Assembly (NCBI GenBank): GCA_944350345.1
Contig: CALVOP010000005.1
Coordinates: 2,575-66,574, forward strand
Source of the DNA: an uncultured Bacilli bacterium
Lineage (GTDB): Bacteria > Bacillota_I > Bacilli_A > RF39 > UBA660
DNA length: 64,000 bases
Direction: 5' to 3'
A program made the position numbers and the translations under genes. The number at the start of each line of letters is the position of its first letter. Positions within the stretch are counted from its first letter, which is position 1. Under the pieces are notes generated by a model. That model did no database searches. It was not told the origin of the DNA and worked only from the letters and a program-made list of their open reading frames with translations. Below, in pieces: positions 8,760 through 18,513 of this stretch.

Positions 8760-10907
8760 GTGCAAAAAGATCATACTTATGATGAATTAAGGCAGTTATT
8801 AAGTAGTTATATAAGTGAAGAACAACTTTTAAATGTTGATTCTTACTATGAAAAAGCAAAAGAAGTTTATAATGGTTTAAAAAGAAAAACAGGTGAAGAC
8901 TATATTAATCATAGTATAAGAGTTGCTTATATGTTAGCAGAATTAAAAATGGATTATGTTACTATTGGTAGTGCATTAATACATGAAGCAATAACTTTGG
9001 AGAGAATGACAAAAGAAGAAGTTGAATTGTTTTTTGGGGAAGAAACGGCTACTATTCTTTCTTCTATTACTAAATTAAGTCATTTAAAGAAAACTTTTAA
9101 GCATGATAATGATACTGAAAAATATAGGAGAATAGTGGTTGGATTATCTGAAAACCCTAAAGCTTTGTTCATTAAACTTGCAGATAGGCTTGATAATCTT
9201 AGAACAGTGTACGTTCATGATGATGAACATAAAAAGGAAATTATTGAGGAAACAACTAATGTTTTTATACCAATAGCCCATAGACTAGGTATAAAAACTA
9301 TGAAAAGTGAACTTGAAGATTTATGCTTAAGGTATTCAAAGCCTGTTGAATATCAAGAAATTTTAGATAAAATCAGCGCGGATAAAAATGAGCTTGAAGG
9401 TTCTTTAAAAGAGATGAAAGAAGAAATTATTGAACTTTTGAACGATCACGATATAAAATTTGATATACTTTCTAGGGTTAAAAGTGTAAGAGGCATTTAT
9501 AATAAACTTGCTGCTGGTAAAAAATGGAATGATATATATGACTTATTGGGTTTGAGAATTTTAGTTGATAAAACCGAGGAATGTTATTTGGTTATTGGGT
9601 TAATTCATTCAAAATATAAACCTATTCCTAAAAGATTTAAAGATTACATAGCTAATCCAAAAAATAATATGTATCAAAGTTTACATACTACTGTTTTTGG
9701 TGTGAACGGAAGAATGTATGAAGTACAAGTTAGAACACATGAAATGGATGAAATTGCTGAACATGGTGTTGCTTCTCACTGGTCTTATAAAGAAAAAACT
9801 GATGGATCTAAAAAAGGTGAAGTTGAAAATAAATTAGAGGCATTTAGAACTTTGATTGAATTAAATGATATCGAAGGAAACATAGATTTCTTTAATAATT
9901 TGGATACTAATCTTAATAAAGAAGAGATATATGTTTTTACACCTAAAGGAGATATTATTGAGTTACCTGTTGGTTCAACTCCAATTGATTTTGCTTATAA
10001 AATACATTCTGAAGTAGGAAACACTTGTGTAAGTGCGATTGTAAACGGGAAAATAAGAAAACTTGATTATAAATTACATGATAGTGATATAGTCGAGCTT
10101 AAAACTCAGGCTGGTACAGGTCCAAGTAAGTCATGGCTAGATTTTGTAAAAACTGATCAAGCAAAAAGTAGAATTAAATCATTCTTTTATAAACAAGATA
10201 AAGAAAGACTAATTAAAACGGGTGAAGAACTTTTAATAAATGAAATTAAAAAAAGAAAGTATTCTCCTAGTGATTTATTAAAACCTGATTATCTGAGCGA
10301 ATGTATTAAATCTTTAAAAGTTGATGATGAAGAAGAACTTTATATGGGAATCTCTTCACTTAAATATAGTCCAAATATTGTTGTAAATAAGTTAATTCAG
10401 TGTTTTGAACCAAAAGAAAATCATGACCTAGATAAATTATTAAATAATTCAGGTAATACTAAAGGCAAAGGAAGTGTTTTAATAGCTGGTTATGCTGACT
10501 TGCTAACGTCAATTGCTTCTTGTTGTATGCCTGTTTATGGTGAAGATATAGTAGGTTTTATTACTAGAGGTCATGGAATAACTATACATAGAAGTAATTG
10601 CCCGAATGTTGATTTAAATAGTGAAAGAATTGTAAAAGCAACTTGGAATGATGAACAAAAAGATAAATTCACAACTTCAATACATATTTATATTGATGGG
10701 TCTAATGAAAAACTAATTGATATTATTACTGCAGCTACAAAAGTTGACGTAAATATTGTAAGTATTAATTATAAAAAGAAAACAAAAGATGGAGACTTTT
10801 ATGAGATTATATGTAAAGTAAAAGATATTAATACTTTGAATTTGTTAATCGTTAATTTACAAAGTCTAAAGTTTGTTAATAAAATAGAAAGAGGAATTAC
10901 TAAATGA
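8760..10907 (+). CDS. relA: RelA/SpoT-homologue (p)ppGpp synthetase with degenerate hydrolase motif, TGS and ACT domains
   Basis: Synthetase motifs are intact (RVKSVRGIYNK, DLLGLRIL, RFKDYIANPK, YQSLHTTV, EVQVRTHEMD). The TGS block is VFTPKGDIIELPVGSTPIDFAY. It uses a GTG start and its TGA stop overlaps dtd. Confidence 0.9.
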   Translation: MQKDHTYDELRQLLSSYISEEQLLNVDSYYEKAKEVYNGLKRKTGEDYINHSIRVAYMLAELKMDYVTIGSALIHEAITLERMTKEEVELFFGEETATILSSITKLSHLKKTFKHDNDTEKYRRIVVGLSENPKALFIKLADRLDNLRTVYVHDDEHKKEIIEETTNVFIPIAHRLGIKTMKSELEDLCLRYSKPVEYQEILDKISADKNELEGSLKEMKEEIIELLNDHDIKFDILSRVKSVRGIYNKLAAGKKWNDIYDLLGLRILVDKTEECYLVIGLIHSKYKPIPKRFKDYIANPKNNMYQSLHTTVFGVNGRMYEVQVRTHEMDEIAEHGVASHWSYKEKTDGSKKGEVENKLEAFRTLIELNDIEGNIDFFNNLDTNLNKEEIYVFTPKGDIIELPVGSTPIDFAYKIHSEVGNTCVSAIVNGKIRKLDYKLHDSDIVELKTQAGTGPSKSWLDFVKTDQAKSRIKSFFYKQDKERLIKTGEELLINEIKKRKYSPSDLLKPDYLSECIKSLKVDDEEELYMGISSLKYSPNIVVNKLIQCFEPKENHDLDKLLNNSGNTKGKGSVLIAGYADLLTSIASCCMPVYGEDIVGFITRGHGITIHRSNCPNVDLNSERIVKATWNDEQKDKFTTSIHIYIDGSNEKLIDIITAATKVDVNIVSINYKKKTKDGDFYEIICKVKDINTLNLLIVNLQSLKFVNKIERGITK

Positions 10908-11350
10908 GAGTTGTGTTACAAAGAAGTAAGTATAGTAAGGTAACTATAGATGGTAAAATTAATGGTGAAATTGATAAAGGTTTAGTAATACTTGTTGGTT
11001 TTACTAATGGCGATGATGAAAAAATAGTTGATAAGATGATTGATAAAATAATTAATCTTAGAATCTTTGAAGATGAAAATGGTCTTATGAATAAAAGCTT
11101 AATTGATGAAAATGGGGAGATTTTAAATATTAGTCAGTTTACACTTTATGCAAATACTAAAAAGGGTAGAAGACCTAGTTTTACTCAAGCATTAAATCCA
11201 GATGAAGCTAAAAAACTTTATGAATATATGAATGAAGCAATTTCTAAAAAAGGAATAAAAACTGCAACTGGTATTTTTGGCGCAGATATGAAGGTTCTAA
11301 TTTATAATGATGGGCCAGTAACTATAGTTATTGATAGTAATGAATTATAA
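10904..11350 (+). CDS. dtd: D-aminoacyl-tRNA deacylase
   Basis: MRVVLQR...GLVILVGF...SQFTLYA...KGRRPSF...GADMKV...NDGPVT are classic Dtd motifs. The ATGA overlap with rel matches the rel-dtd arrangement of Bacillus. Confidence 0.9.
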   Translation: MRVVLQRSKYSKVTIDGKINGEIDKGLVILVGFTNGDDEKIVDKMIDKIINLRIFEDENGLMNKSLIDENGEILNISQFTLYANTKKGRRPSFTQALNPDEAKKLYEYMNEAISKKGIKTATGIFGADMKVLIYNDGPVTIVIDSNEL

Positions 11351-11359
11351 GAGGTAGTT

Positions 11360-13888
11360 ATGAAAAGAGAAGAAGTAAATATTGATGAACTTAGTCCTAT
11401 GATGAGAGAATATATGAAAACTAAAGATAAATATTCTGATGTTTTGTTATTCTATAGATTAGGGGACTTTTACGAATTGTTTTTTGAAGATGCAATTACT
11501 GCTTCTCATGAATTAGAGTTAACTTTAACTGGAAAAAATGCGGGACTAAAAGAAAGAGTTCCAATGTGTGGTGTTCCTCATCATGCCGTTAATGTTTATT
11601 TGGAAAAACTTATCGATAAAGGTTATAAAGTTGCCATTGCAGAACAAGTGGAAGACCCTAAAACGGCTAAAGGGTTAGTTAAAAGGGAAGTTACTCAAAT
11701 AGTGAGTAAAGGAACTCTTACTAATTCTGAAAGTTTAAATGAAAAGGACTATAACTATATTGCTTTTTTAAGTGATTATACTCATATTTATGTTTTATCT
11801 TATGCTGATTTATTAAGTGGCAAAATTTGTGCTACCTATGTTCCTAAAAATGAAAATAAATTGGTAAGTGAACTTGTTAATTTGAATGTAAAAGAATTAG
11901 TTGTTAGTTCTAACTTTAATGTTGAACTTATTCATAAATTAAAAAATACTTATAATATTTTTATAAGTATTTATGATGATGTGGATGAAAATAAGTATGG
12001 CAATATTTTGAGTAAATTAGATGATGAAAAGTTAAAAGATACTACTAGAAGACTGTTAACTTATATTACTAATAGTTTACAAACAAATTTAACTCATTTT
12101 AATAGTGTTTTATTTATAAATAACTCAAATTATTTGGAATTAGATAAAGAGTGCGTTAAAAACTTGGAATTAGTTGAAACATTGCGTACTAAAGATAGAA
12201 CTTATAGTTTGCTTTGGCTTTTAGATAAAACAAAAACAGCAATGGGTAGTAGATTATTAAAAGAATATATTTTGATGCCTTTAGTTGATAAAGAAGAAAT
12301 AAAAAAGAGACAAGATTTAATTGAATTATTTAATGAAGAATTTTTACTAAAAAGTGAACTTCAAGAATATTTATTTGAAATTTATGATTTAGAACGTTTA
12401 ACTGGTAAAGTTGTTTGTTCTAATTTAAATGGTAGAGATTTATTACAACTTAAAAATAGTATTCATGTAATTCCTATGATTAATAAAGTTTTAAATAATC
12501 TTAAATTAAATGAACTACAAGAATTTCATGAACTTGAAGATTTACTTGAAAGATCAATTAACCCTGATGCTCCTTTGACAATTAAGGAAGGTGGGGTGAT
12601 AAAAATTGGCTATAATGCTGAGTTAGATGAACTTAGAAATATAAGAAAAAATGGTAAAGATTTTATAAGCCAATTTGAAAATGAAGAAAGAGAACGTACG
12701 GGAATTAAAAATTTAAGAGTAGGTTATAATAAAGTTTTTGGTTATTATATAGAAATTAGTAAAGGAAATGTTAAGGAAATTAAAGAAGAATTTGGTTATG
12801 TTCGTAAGCAAACGATATCTAACTGTGAAAGATATATTACACCTTTATTAAAGGAAAAAGAAGATTTAATTTTAAATGCTGAAGATAAAATTAATAAACT
12901 TGAGTATGATTTGTTTATTGAAATAAAAGAAAAAATAAAAGACTACATAAAAGATTTACAAATAGTTGGTAAAGAACTCGCATATTTAGACGTTATGCAG
13001 TCATTGAGCACTGTTTGTGAAGAAAATGGATATGTTCGTCCGGTTATTACCGATGAAAATGTAATAAAAATAATTGATGGAAGACATCCTGTTGTTGAGA
13101 AAGTTATAAAAGATGATTATGTAAAGAATGATTTTATTCTTGATAAAAATACTAATGTTCTAATCATAACCGGGCCTAATATGAGTGGTAAGAGTACATA
13201 TATGAGAAGTTTAGCAGTTATCGTTATAATGGCACAGATGGGTTCTTTTGTACCTGCTAAGGAAGCAACTTTACCTATTTTTGATAAAATATTTACAAGA
13301 ATAGGTGCGAGTGACGATTTAGTTGGTGGTGAAAGTACTTTTATGGTTGAAATGAAAGAAAGTGCAAATGCTTTAAAAAATGCCACTGAAAAGTCATTGA
13401 TAATTTTTGATGAATTAGGTCGTGGTACTAGTACTTATGATGGTATGAGTTTAGCTGGCGCTATAATTGAGTATATTATTAAAAATATCAAATGCAAAAC
13501 GCTTTTTTCTACACATTACCATGAACTTACTACTATGTATAATGGTTATGATTCAGTGAAAAATGTTCATGTAGAAGTGTACGAAGAAGATGGTGATGTG
13601 CGCTTTTTGCATAAAATAAATGATGGAGCAGTTGATAAAAGTTATGGTATAAATGTTGCAAAATTGGCTGATTTACCAAGTGATGTTATAGAAGATGCAT
13701 ATAAAATATTAAAAAATTTGGAAAGCGATACTCCAAAATCTAATGTAGAGCAATTAAGTATGAATTTAGATGAACCTAAAAAAGATGAACTTAGAGATTA
13801 TATTAAAACATTGAAACCTTTAGAAATGACTCCACTTGAAGCATTAAATATAATTTATGAAATTACTAATAAAGCAAAAGAAAACTAA
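11360..13888 (+). CDS. mutS: DNA mismatch repair protein MutS
   Basis: N-terminal mismatch-binding motif (TPMMREY...LFYRLGDFYELFFEDA), Walker A (GPNMSGKST), Walker B (IIFDELGRGTST) and STHYHEL. Confidence 0.95.
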   Translation: MKREEVNIDELSPMMREYMKTKDKYSDVLLFYRLGDFYELFFEDAITASHELELTLTGKNAGLKERVPMCGVPHHAVNVYLEKLIDKGYKVAIAEQVEDPKTAKGLVKREVTQIVSKGTLTNSESLNEKDYNYIAFLSDYTHIYVLSYADLLSGKICATYVPKNENKLVSELVNLNVKELVVSSNFNVELIHKLKNTYNIFISIYDDVDENKYGNILSKLDDEKLKDTTRRLLTYITNSLQTNLTHFNSVLFINNSNYLELDKECVKNLELVETLRTKDRTYSLLWLLDKTKTAMGSRLLKEYILMPLVDKEEIKKRQDLIELFNEEFLLKSELQEYLFEIYDLERLTGKVVCSNLNGRDLLQLKNSIHVIPMINKVLNNLKLNELQEFHELEDLLERSINPDAPLTIKEGGVIKIGYNAELDELRNIRKNGKDFISQFENEERERTGIKNLRVGYNKVFGYYIEISKGNVKEIKEEFGYVRKQTISNCERYITPLLKEKEDLILNAEDKINKLEYDLFIEIKEKIKDYIKDLQIVGKELAYLDVMQSLSTVCEENGYVRPVITDENVIKIIDGRHPVVEKVIKDDYVKNDFILDKNTNVLIITGPNMSGKSTYMRSLAVIVIMAQMGSFVPAKEATLPIFDKIFTRIGASDDLVGGESTFMVEMKESANALKNATEKSLIIFDELGRGTSTYDGMSLAGAIIEYIIKNIKCKTLFSTHYHELTTMYNGYDSVKNVHVEVYEEDGDVRFLHKINDGAVDKSYGINVAKLADLPSDVIEDAYKILKNLESDTPKSNVEQLSMNLDEPKKDELRDYIKTLKPLEMTPLEALNIIYEITNKAKEN

Positions 13889-13975
13889 AAATTTTGCTTT
13901 TTTAAATTTTATATTTATTAAATTATATATTGTTTAGTAATTATTTAATATGATACAATTATAATAGATGTTGTT

Positions 13976-15709
13976 ATGAAAAAAAATAATATATATTATA
14001 TAAAAAAATGCATTCCTTATTTTTGGTGTGTACGCTGGAAATTATTTTGGTTTGTTGTATTAAGTGTAATAATTTCACTTATTTACACGTTTTTGCCTGC
14101 GCTTGCTGGATATGCATTAGATAGTGTTATAAACACTAAATTGGAATTGGCAATTATTTTATGCTTAATACTATTATTAATTACAAATTTAAATTCATTG
14201 TTTGAAGTCATGATGAATAAGATATATATACGTATACAAAATAGTGTGTGTTTGAATATTAAAAAAGATGTAATAAATAGTTTTATAGATATTAAAACAG
14301 AGCATATTAATAATGAATCTTCTGGGACATTTCTATCACGAATAAATAATGATCCAATATTGATTTTTAGTGCTTTTAATTCTGCTAGAGCAGCTTTCAC
14401 CGATATTTTATCAAATATTTTTGTTATTTTTTATGTATCTTATTTAAATATTGTTTTAGGTATTATCACTTTAATTGGAACTATACTAATCTATATTATT
14501 GAAAAAAAGGCAATGTTAATTTATACAAATAACAGAAAAACGTTATCTTTAGAAGAAGAAAAAAACATGGGAATTATAAATGAAACCGTTAAAGGAATAA
14601 GAGATATAAAATTATTAAATTTAGATGATTTTTTTAAAAATAAGACATACAAAGATATTGAAAAAGTGAATAATCTTAATAAAAAAATGGAAGATAAAGA
14701 TATGAATTACTATTTTATTAGGAACTTTTGTATGAATGTTTTTTCAATTATAATATTGATATTAGGAATTTATCTTTATAAATTTAATGTAATAACATTA
14801 GCGACAATTACAATAATATTTATGTATAAAAGTCGCTTGTTTTCAAGCATAATAAGTTTAGCATGGTGTGAAAAACAAATAAGAGAATTTTCTTTAGTAG
14901 CAAGTAGAATCTTTGAAATTATAGATGGAAAAAAATATTCAAAAGAAGCATATGGAATGCTAAGGATTGAAGAACTTGAAGGAAAAATTGAATTTAAAAA
15001 TGTGAGTTTTTCATATAAAAAAGAACAAATTATTAAAGATATGAGTTTTAAAATTATGCCAAAGGATACTATAGCTATTGTTGGCAAAAGCGGAAGTGGA
15101 AAAAGTACAATCATTAACCTAATAGCAAAAATGTTTGAAATAGACAAAGGAAAAATATTGTTAGATGACTACAATATAAACGACCTAGACAAGTATACTT
15201 TGCGTAAAAATATAGCTGTTATTAGTCAAAACCCATATATATTTAATACAACAATTAAAGAAAATTTAGTTATGACTAATGTAGATGCAAGTCAAAAACA
15301 AATTGAAAATGTTTGTAAAATATGTGAAATACATGACTTTATTATGACATTGCCGAAGAAATATAACACTTTGCTAGGTGAAGGCGGTATTAATTTAAGC
15401 GGAGGCGAAAGACAAAGACTTGCAATTGCGAGGGCATTACTAAAAAAAAGTAAAATATTACTATTTGATGAAGCAACTAGTGCATTAGATAATGAAACTC
15501 AAACGTTAGTACAAACAGCAATTAATAATATAAGTCAAGATTATACAACAATTATAGTAGCGCATAGGTTATCTACAATTAAAGATTGTAATAAAATAAT
15601 GGTAATCGATGGAGGAAAAATAATTGATATAGGTAATCACAAAGAACTGATAAAAAGGTGCAAAATATATAAGACACTTTATGAAAATGAGTTACAATAT
15701 GAAAAATAA
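13976..15709 (+). CDS. ABC exporter, fused permease/ATPase (MsbA/type-1 exporter-like)
   Basis: 6-TM N-terminal domain. The NBD has Walker A (GKSGSGKST), the signature (LSGGERQR) and Walker B (ILLFDEATSALD). Confidence 0.85.
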   Translation: MKKNNIYYIKKCIPYFWCVRWKLFWFVVLSVIISLIYTFLPALAGYALDSVINTKLELAIILCLILLLITNLNSLFEVMMNKIYIRIQNSVCLNIKKDVINSFIDIKTEHINNESSGTFLSRINNDPILIFSAFNSARAAFTDILSNIFVIFYVSYLNIVLGIITLIGTILIYIIEKKAMLIYTNNRKTLSLEEEKNMGIINETVKGIRDIKLLNLDDFFKNKTYKDIEKVNNLNKKMEDKDMNYYFIRNFCMNVFSIIILILGIYLYKFNVITLATITIIFMYKSRLFSSIISLAWCEKQIREFSLVASRIFEIIDGKKYSKEAYGMLRIEELEGKIEFKNVSFSYKKEQIIKDMSFKIMPKDTIAIVGKSGSGKSTIINLIAKMFEIDKGKILLDDYNINDLDKYTLRKNIAVISQNPYIFNTTIKENLVMTNVDASQKQIENVCKICEIHDFIMTLPKKYNTLLGEGGINLSGGERQRLAIARALLKKSKILLFDEATSALDNETQTLVQTAINNISQDYTTIIVAHRLSTIKDCNKIMVIDGGKIIDIGNHKELIKRCKIYKTLYENELQYEK

Positions 15710-15773
15710 AAAATATTGACTTTCTAGTTAAGTGTAATGTTATCATTAACAAGAAAGGAGGTTAACTTGTTAC

Positions 15774-16193
15774 TTGGTTAAAATGTACAAAATAAGTGAA
15801 TTTTCTAAACTTGTAAAATTATCTACAAAAACTCTAAGATATTATGAACAAATAGGACTACTTAAGCCATATATGATTGATAAGTTTACAAAATATAGAT
15901 ATTATAGTGATGATAATATATTAGATTGTGAACAAATTAAACTATTAAAATTTTTAAATTTTACTTTAGATGAAATAAAAATGTATAAAAATGCGATGAA
16001 TTTAGAAATTCTTAAAAATAAAGAAAATGAATTAAAAAAATTAATAATAGAACTAAAAAGAAAATATGAGCATTTAAAGAAAATTGAATGCCAAATTACA
16101 AATGATAAATGTAATAATTTCTTATTAATAAATTCAATGGATAGTTTAAGGAGGTATGGTAGTGAAAGAAATTATAAAAAAAATAATAAATAG
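15774..16193 (+). CDS. MerR-family transcriptional regulator
   Basis: N-terminal MerR HTH: YKISEFSKLVKLSTKTLRYYEQIGLLKP...YRYYS, followed by a coiled coil. The start is TTG 15774 (12 nt after GGAGG) or ATG 15783. Confidence 0.8.
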   Translation: MVKMYKISEFSKLVKLSTKTLRYYEQIGLLKPYMIDKFTKYRYYSDDNILDCEQIKLLKFLNFTLDEIKMYKNAMNLEILKNKENELKKLIIELKRKYEHLKKIECQITNDKCNNFLLINSMDSLRRYGSERNYKKNNK

Positions 16194-17394
16194 TGATAAA
16201 AATTCGATCATATGTGGTGCAATTAATTCAGGTAAAACACATAATTTGTCTTTTGAAATTGTCGATAATATTATTACTAGTGGCGAAAGTTTATTTATTA
16301 TGGATTCAAAACAAGAGTATATATATAGTTTTTACGATAAATTGATAAAGAATAACTATAATGTAATAATTATAAATTTTAAGAATATGTCTAAAAGTTT
16401 AGGTTGGAATCCACTTGAATATCCATATAAATTATACAAAAACAATAAAATTGACTTATCTTTAAAATTCTTAGAAAATTTGGCTGATGATATATTTTAT
16501 ACATACAATAATGATTCTGATCCATTTTGGATTAAAAGTGCGACAAATTTATTTATTGGGTTAATATTAGCATTATTTGAGGATAGTACAGATGCAATTA
16601 ATTTAAATAGTGTAGCTGCAATGATAAATGAAATAAATGATTCTGATGGAAAATCAGATATTATTAGCCAATATTTTAAGTTGAAAAGTAAAAGTGATTT
16701 TTCATATGTATATGCTTCAGGTGCAATTAACGCTCCGCTTGAAACTAAAAGGGGAATATTAGCTATTATTCAAGAAAAAATTCAAATATTTAATTCAAAT
16801 ATATTAATAAAAAAATTTTTAAATAAATCTGAATTTAATTCAGACGATATTGTTGATAAAAAGACTGCAATCTTTTTAATAAATGATGAGAATTTAAGAG
16901 CTTCGCATTATATATTAAATATGTTTATCACTCAAATAATTAATATTTTACTAAATTATGATAATCATAAAAAATATTATTTTATATTAGATAACTTAGA
17001 TGAATTTGAATATTTAAATAATCTAATTAAAAAAATGGCTATGGGACCGCATAATAACATATATTATGTGTTAATGACAAGATCATTAAAATATTTATAT
17101 AATTTATATGATCCATACATTTCTAAATTATGTAATTTGTATGAGATTAGTACAAGTTGTTCTAAAATGATAATTGATATTACTAAAACTAATGATTATA
17201 TAATTCACAAAGGAGTTATTAAAGACGAAAATATTTTTCCTGTTTTGAACAATGATGATGTAAAAATTTTCAATATTAAAGATTTTATTTTAAAAAATAA
17301 AAAAAATAGTATTTCAAATGAACTTACGAATTCCGAAAAAATTGATATATTAATTGATAAAATTGATAAAAAAATACAAGAATTAGAAAATTGA
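16162..17394 (+). CDS. VirD4/TraG-like (type IV coupling protein family) P-loop ATPase, no membrane anchor
   Basis: Walker A is GAINSGKT (16216-16239). The blocks LFIMDSKQEYI, LGWNPLEYP, DPFWIKSATNLFIGLILAL and FILDNLDEF parallel the conserved T4CP blocks. GTG 16162 lies 7 nt after AAGGAGG (ATG 16156 is also possible). It overlaps the MerR gene's 3' end. Confidence 0.55.
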   Translation: MKEIIKKIINSDKNSIICGAINSGKTHNLSFEIVDNIITSGESLFIMDSKQEYIYSFYDKLIKNNYNVIIINFKNMSKSLGWNPLEYPYKLYKNNKIDLSLKFLENLADDIFYTYNNDSDPFWIKSATNLFIGLILALFEDSTDAINLNSVAAMINEINDSDGKSDIISQYFKLKSKSDFSYVYASGAINAPLETKRGILAIIQEKIQIFNSNILIKKFLNKSEFNSDDIVDKKTAIFLINDENLRASHYILNMFITQIINILLNYDNHKKYYFILDNLDEFEYLNNLIKKMAMGPHNNIYYVLMTRSLKYLYNLYDPYISKLCNLYEISTSCSKMIIDITKTNDYIIHKGVIKDENIFPVLNNDDVKIFNIKDFILKNKKNSISNELTNSEKIDILIDKIDKKIQELEN

Positions 17395-17454
17395 TAGGCA
17401 TATTATACTAAGTATATTTTAATTTGATAAAAAAACTAAGAAATGTGAAATTTT

Positions 17455-18504
17455 TTAGTTTTTAAGTGTTTTATTTTCAATAACTTCATTTTTTATATTT
17501 GACATTATATTTCCAAAATCAATTGATTCAATTTCAGTAATACTTGAACCAATTGCGTGAAAAACTTGTGGGACTGTGTACTTATCCAAATTTCCAGACA
17601 TAGATAAAAGTTTTTCCGTTATTATTTTATCTTTCATAGAGCTAAAGTAGTGAGCTAATGGTACTCCTAAAAAATATGTGTAATCGGGAAGAAACGATTC
17701 AATTGAATTTATACTATAACATATATCATAAATATCATCAGATTGTATTATTGGATTTTCTTTTAGAATCATTTCTATTGTATAGTCATCTATTATATCA
17801 TATGACTGTTTATAATAAAGCAGAATTGTTTGGCATGTGAAGATTCCATTTATAATATTTATAATTGAATTATACCTTAGCGTATTAAATATATTAAAAT
17901 CGTTAGAAGAAATATCTTTGCTTTTCAAGTAATTAATAAAATCATTTTCAAAATATATTGCAAAAAATTCACATAAGTCATTATCTGTATCATTACTTAC
18001 AGTTCCATCACTATTTTTGTTAAAAATACTGTGCATATATTCATGTAATAATGATATTATAGGTATATAAGATGATTTGTTTATTCCAATATTTATACTT
18101 TGAAAACTATTCTGTGAAGAGGGTAAATCACTTTCAGTATGTTGAAAAGTTTCGTCATAAACAACAGGACGAAATTTTGTTTTTTCTATAGCTTTCTTAA
18201 AATTATCAGCTTCAATAAAATCTATTGTTCCATTAGTAAGTTTCTCCATAAAATCGCATTCATATTTAGGGTTTAGGTTTTTTAAATATTCACATATTAA
18301 TTTTATACCTTCATTAACAGATATATAATCAAGATTCTCAAAATTAACAGGAATTCGTTCAATTCCACTATTGCCAATTTCGTAGATTTTATCTAAAAAA
18401 AACTTTAAATTTTCTCTATAAAAACTATTTTTAAGATAAACATTAGTATAACTTTCTAATGTTTCATTTAATGCAGTATACTGATCTATATTCAAATATT
18501 TCAT
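17455..18504 (-). CDS. putative gluzincin-type metallopeptidase (hypothetical protein with HExxH)
   Basis: HEYMH lies at 18031-18045 (minus strand) with a Glu 20 residues downstream (LCEFF). No signal peptide or TM segment is evident. The family could not be identified by eye. Confidence 0.45.
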   Translation of the reverse strand: MKYLNIDQYTALNETLESYTNVYLKNSFYRENLKFFLDKIYEIGNSGIERIPVNFENLDYISVNEGIKLICEYLKNLNPKYECDFMEKLTNGTIDFIEADNFKKAIEKTKFRPVVYDETFQHTESDLPSSQNSFQSINIGINKSSYIPIISLLHEYMHSIFNKNSDGTVSNDTDNDLCEFFAIYFENDFINYLKSKDISSNDFNIFNTLRYNSIINIINGIFTCQTILLYYKQSYDIIDDYTIEMILKENPIIQSDDIYDICYSINSIESFLPDYTYFLGVPLAHYFSSMKDKIITEKLLSMSGNLDKYTVPQVFHAIGSSITEIESIDFGNIMSNIKNEVIENKTLKN

Positions 18505-18513
18505 AATTAAATC

